Shown here one piece after another: positions 60,164 through 64,000 of a stretch of DNA of 64,000 nt. A program made the translations under genes and the position numbers. The stretch's first letter is position 1. Each line of letters opens with the position of its first letter. The notes under the pieces are model-generated. The model was not told the DNA's origin. It was given only the letters and a program-made list of their open reading frames with translations, and searched no databases. The stretch is from Macrostomum lignano (taxonomy: Eukaryota), in the NCBI GenBank assembly GCA_002269645.1, contig NIVC01002695.1, positions 62,001 through 126,000 of the forward strand, read 5' to 3'.

Positions 60164-63100
60164 ATGGCATCAGCGCCCCAGCCCGGCGTGTTTCGTCAGT
60201 TTGTGCCAGAGTCTCTGGCCAAGATCCGACGTCGACAGGAGGAGCTCAGCTTCCTTGGCCAGGCGCTTGGGGCGCATCACGCCTCAGCGTTTCCCAACTC
60301 CGCCACGCCGCTCGCTGCAGCCGAGGCTGGCAACGCGACCGCCGGGCTCGGGCCTCAGCAGCAGCACCAGCAGCATCCCCACCAGCCGGGGTCGTCTGAG
60401 GAGCGTCGGCCGAACGCGAAGCTGGAAGCCGGGATGAAGCTGCCGCCATCGATGTCGGATATTTTTCCGGTAAAGAAGCTGAGCGGAATTCCTCTGGAAG
60501 ATATTGACGAATTCTACGCGGACAAGATGACTTTTGTTGTGATCGCCAAGGACAAGACCATCTTCCGGTTCTCAGCAACCAACGCACTGTTCGTCCTGTC
60601 GCCCTTCAACCCGGTGCGCAGAGGGGCGATCTTCGTGCTGACGCACCCGGCCTTCTCCCTGCTGGTGCTTCTGGCCATCATCTGCAACTGCGTCTTCATG
60701 GCCAGAAACAGCAGCTCTGAGATAGTGGAGTACACTTTCACGGCCATCTACACCACCGAGGCGACCATCAAAGCGGTATCGCGCGGTCTCATCCTGAGCG
60801 AATTTACTTACCTGAGAGACGCCTGGAACTGGCTAGATTTCATTGTGATCGGCCTCGCGTACCTATGTTCTTCATTCCGACTCTGGGTAATCTGAGCGCG
60901 CTGCGATCTCTGCGAGTGTTACGCGCACTGAAGACTGTCACCACGGTGCCCGGTCTCAAGACTATCGTTGGCGCTCTCATGGAGGCTGTGAAACGTCTCC
61001 GCGATGTAGGCATACTCACAATCTTTGTGCTGAGCATTTTTGCGCTCATCGGCCTGCAAATGTACAAAGGAACGCTGCTGCAGAAGTGCGTACTGGAGTT
61101 CAACTTCACCGCTGCTCTTGAAGCGCGCGGCTATAACGAGTCCGTGATGGACGCGGGCACTCTGGAGCAGATAAAAGAGCAGGAGCTGGACTTGCACGGC
61201 AACAATCGCAGCAACTGGCATCCGGACATGCTCATCTGCAGCTACTCGAGCCTAGGCCAGCCCTGCCCACAGGGCTATCAGTGCTTTACCACAGACGAAG
61301 CGAATCCGAACTTTGGCTACACTAAATTTGATAACTTCGGCTGGGCTATGCTCTGTGCCTTTCGCCTGATGACACAAGACTACTGGGAAAATCTCTACCA
61401 GATCGTGATTCGAGCCAACGGTACACCTCATTTTTTCTTCTTTGTTCTCGTCATCATGCTGGGTTCATTCTTCCTGATGAATGTCATCCTAGCGATTGTG
61501 GCCATGGCCTACGACGAAGTGCGAATGCAGGACATCCTCGACGAAGAGGCTGAGGTTGCCGCACGAAAAGAAGAAGACGAACGGCGCGAGGCCGAGGCCG
61601 ATGCGGAGGCCGAAGCTGCCGCTGAGCCGATGCTTCAATCGCCGACGTCTCTTTCGTTGGGAACCTCCAGGAAGCCGGTGCTGCTTCATCCTGCAGCCAC
61701 TGCGCGCCGCAGGAGGCCGTTTTTCCCTTTGTTGACGACTCCAACGCGCAGACGCCGGACGCGGCAGCTACCGCAGCGGCGCTGATGTCCCCTATGCGAA
61801 CGCCGCTGGCACGCAGAGCAGCGGAGAAGCTGTTGAAATATGACATCATTTGCAACGCACCCAGTACTGAAAAGGAGAAAGTCTACGATGACAGAGATAA
61901 CGTCATAACTGCAGATGACAAGAATGCTGACTGCGACAAGTGCCGTTGTCATCATGCCGACTCGATGCCTGAAGACATCGAAGCCGTCGCTGTCGCTGCC
62001 GCCCATGAAGACGCGCCAAAGGAAAAGAAGTTTCAGTATTGGAAGCGCGTGATGCTTGAGAAGCTGTGCTATAGCTGGGAGTGCTGCTACTGTTGGAAGG
62101 TTGTTGAAAAGTACGTCAACCTATTCATTTTAGATCCATTTGTTGAGCTTTTCATTACAATTTGTATCCTAGTTAACACGCTGTTTATGGCTCTGGACGT
62201 CCCAGCCAACTCTCAGTCATTCAAGGAGTTTCTCAGTCACGCTAACCTATTCTTCACTGCCACCTTCGCCATCGAGGCGTTTTCCAAGCTCATTGGTATG
62301 CGGCCGGCGGTGTACTTTCTCGACGGCTGGAACATATTCGATTTCTCCATTGTGCTGCTGAGCTTGGTTGAGCTGCCGCTGCAAAATGTGCAGGGCTTGT
62401 CGATCCTGCGAGCCTTCCGTCTGTTGCGAGTGTTCAAGCTGGCCAAGTCCTGGCAGACCATGAACCTGCTGTTCGCCATCATTGCCCGGACCATGGGAGC
62501 TCTTGGAAACCTGGTGTTTGTTCTGGGCATTGTGATATTCATTTTCGCCGTAGTAGGCATGCAATTATTCGGCGAGAGCTACAATGCCTACAAGAACGTC
62601 ACACTGTATCCGGAGTACAACGGCTACTATCCACGATGGAACTTTGTGGACTTCACGCACAGTTTCATGATTGTGTTCCGGGTGCTCTGTGGCGAGTGGA
62701 TCGAGAGCATGTGGGACTGCATGCGTCTTAATGGCTTCGTTTGCGTACCGTTTTTCCTGCTGACGCAGGTGATTGCCGGGCTCGTGGTGCTGAGCTTGTT
62801 CTTGGCTCTGCTACTCAGCAGCTTCGGCTCTGAGAGTCTCCAGCGTCGCGAGGAAGAAGAGGAAGAGGTCAACAAGCTGCAGCAGGCCATCGACAGAATC
62901 AATCGCTTCATTGTCTGGTCCAAACTGAAGCTGAAGAGCCTCGGTTCAAGGCTATTCGGCGGCCTGAAGCGTCGTCTCTGGGCTCGCCCGGTGCCGGACA
63001 GCGATCTGTTCGAAGAAGAAAACGGAGTCGATGGTGAAGAAGGCAAGGCGGACAACGGAAAAGGACATCGCGGCTGCATGGGAGGCAGCAATCCTGAGCT

Positions 63101-64000
63101 GTCCCTTGGCAGTGGTCAGTCGCCCCTAACGCGTCACGGTGCTTTGGTGATAGAAAACTTTGGCCTCTCTGGTGTAAATCATCTGCTTCTAGGGGAGCGC
63201 AGCCAGCCAGCGACAGACGATCCAAAGGCAGCAGTGCAAATCACACCACCTCCCCCACCGGAGATACCAGATTTTTATAAGGAGCCAGAGGTGACTGAAG
63301 TGGAGGTGCTCTACTGGGACACACCGGAGGACTGCTTGCCAGCAAAATTGGCAAAGCTGTTTGCTCCTTGCGCTGCGCGACTCTGCGATTCAACCGCGTT
63401 TGGCCGCTTCTGGTGGGGCCTGCGCTGCCGGGCCTACCGACTAGTTGAGCACCGCTACTTTGAGACATTCATCATCGCGCTGATTGCCATCAGCAGCCTA
63501 ACGCTAACTCTCGAGGACGTGAATCTGCCGCGCAGGCCAAAGCTTAAGCTGACGCTGGAATACATGGACAAGTGCTTCACTATCATCTTTGCTTTCGAGA
63601 TGCTGGTAAAATGGTTCGCATTTGGCATGAAGAAGTACTTTAGCGACGCCTGGTGCTGGCTAGACTTCGTCATCGTGAATGTGGCAGTCATCAGCCTGGT
63701 GCTGAACTCGCTGGGCGGCGAGGCCGGCCAGAGTATGGGGGCTTTCAAGGCCATGCGAACTCTGCGGGCGCTGAGGCCGTTGCGCGCGGTCAGCCGCTGG
63801 GAGGGCATGCGCGTGGTGGTGAACGCCCTGATCCAAGCCATCCCGTCCATCTTCAACGTGCTGCTCGTGTGCCTGGTGTTTTGGCTCATCTTCAGCATCA
63901 TGGGCGTGCAGCTGTTCGGCGGCCAGTTCTTCAAGTGCATCAGCAAGGAGACTGGCGAGCGGCTACTGCCGGAGGTGGTGCCCGACGTCGAGTCCTGCGA
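60164..64000 (+). CDS. Voltage-gated sodium channel alpha subunit (Nav1/para-like), intronless here, 3'-incomplete, with two 1-nt frameshifts (~60863-60865 and ~61687-61724)
   Basis: N-terminal FRQFVPESL...[18 protein letters not shown]; DI S4 [12 protein letters not shown] and pore TQDYWE; linker [12 protein letters not shown]; DII pore [11 protein letters not shown]; DIII S4 [26 protein letters not shown]. The third frame is open from 61626 to the window end. Confidence 0.95.

Noticed and set aside
60859-60896. 38-nt GT-AG micro-intron that would restore the Nav frame
   Set aside because: It has a weak donor and would delete the conserved AYL and LGNLS residues of DI S3-S4.
61647-61696. 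41- or 50-nt GT-AG micro-introns rescuing the second frameshift
   Set aside because: The donors are poor (GTCTCT, GTTGGG) and splicing would remove the para-like RKPVLL motif. Not fully excluded without cDNA.

Overview
Eukaryotic (invertebrate animal) genomic DNA, not prokaryotic. The GC-rich, intron-poor, polyQ-rich genes and minisatellite-filled introns suggest a flatworm such as Macrostomum, but that is inference only. Bases ~626-48676 are an almost uninterrupted head-to-tail train of about 20 non-autonomous Helitron-like units or fragments (working families A-D), all on the minus strand. They have 5'-TC starts and hairpin+CTAG ends; family C ends in hairpin+CTCG. The units carry internal satellites, ~1 kb CT/GA tracts, short (TTAGGG)n tracts and tRNA-like A/B-box modules. 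An intact DD37E Tc1/mariner-superfamily transposon and a Helitron STPR-repeat ORF fragment sit inside the train. No 5' exon of the downstream ERLEC1-like gene is visible in the window, so the train may be part of a >49 kb intron. The last 15 kb hold the two final ERLEC1 exons, a candidate 89-aa single-pass membrane protein on the minus strand, a two-exon PAR-family bZIP gene, a 3.1 kb near-perfect inverted repeat, and an intronless voltage-gated Na+ channel alpha gene. The channel gene has two single-base frameshifts and runs off the window end. All alignments and counts were done by eye, so internal repeat boundaries are approximate.
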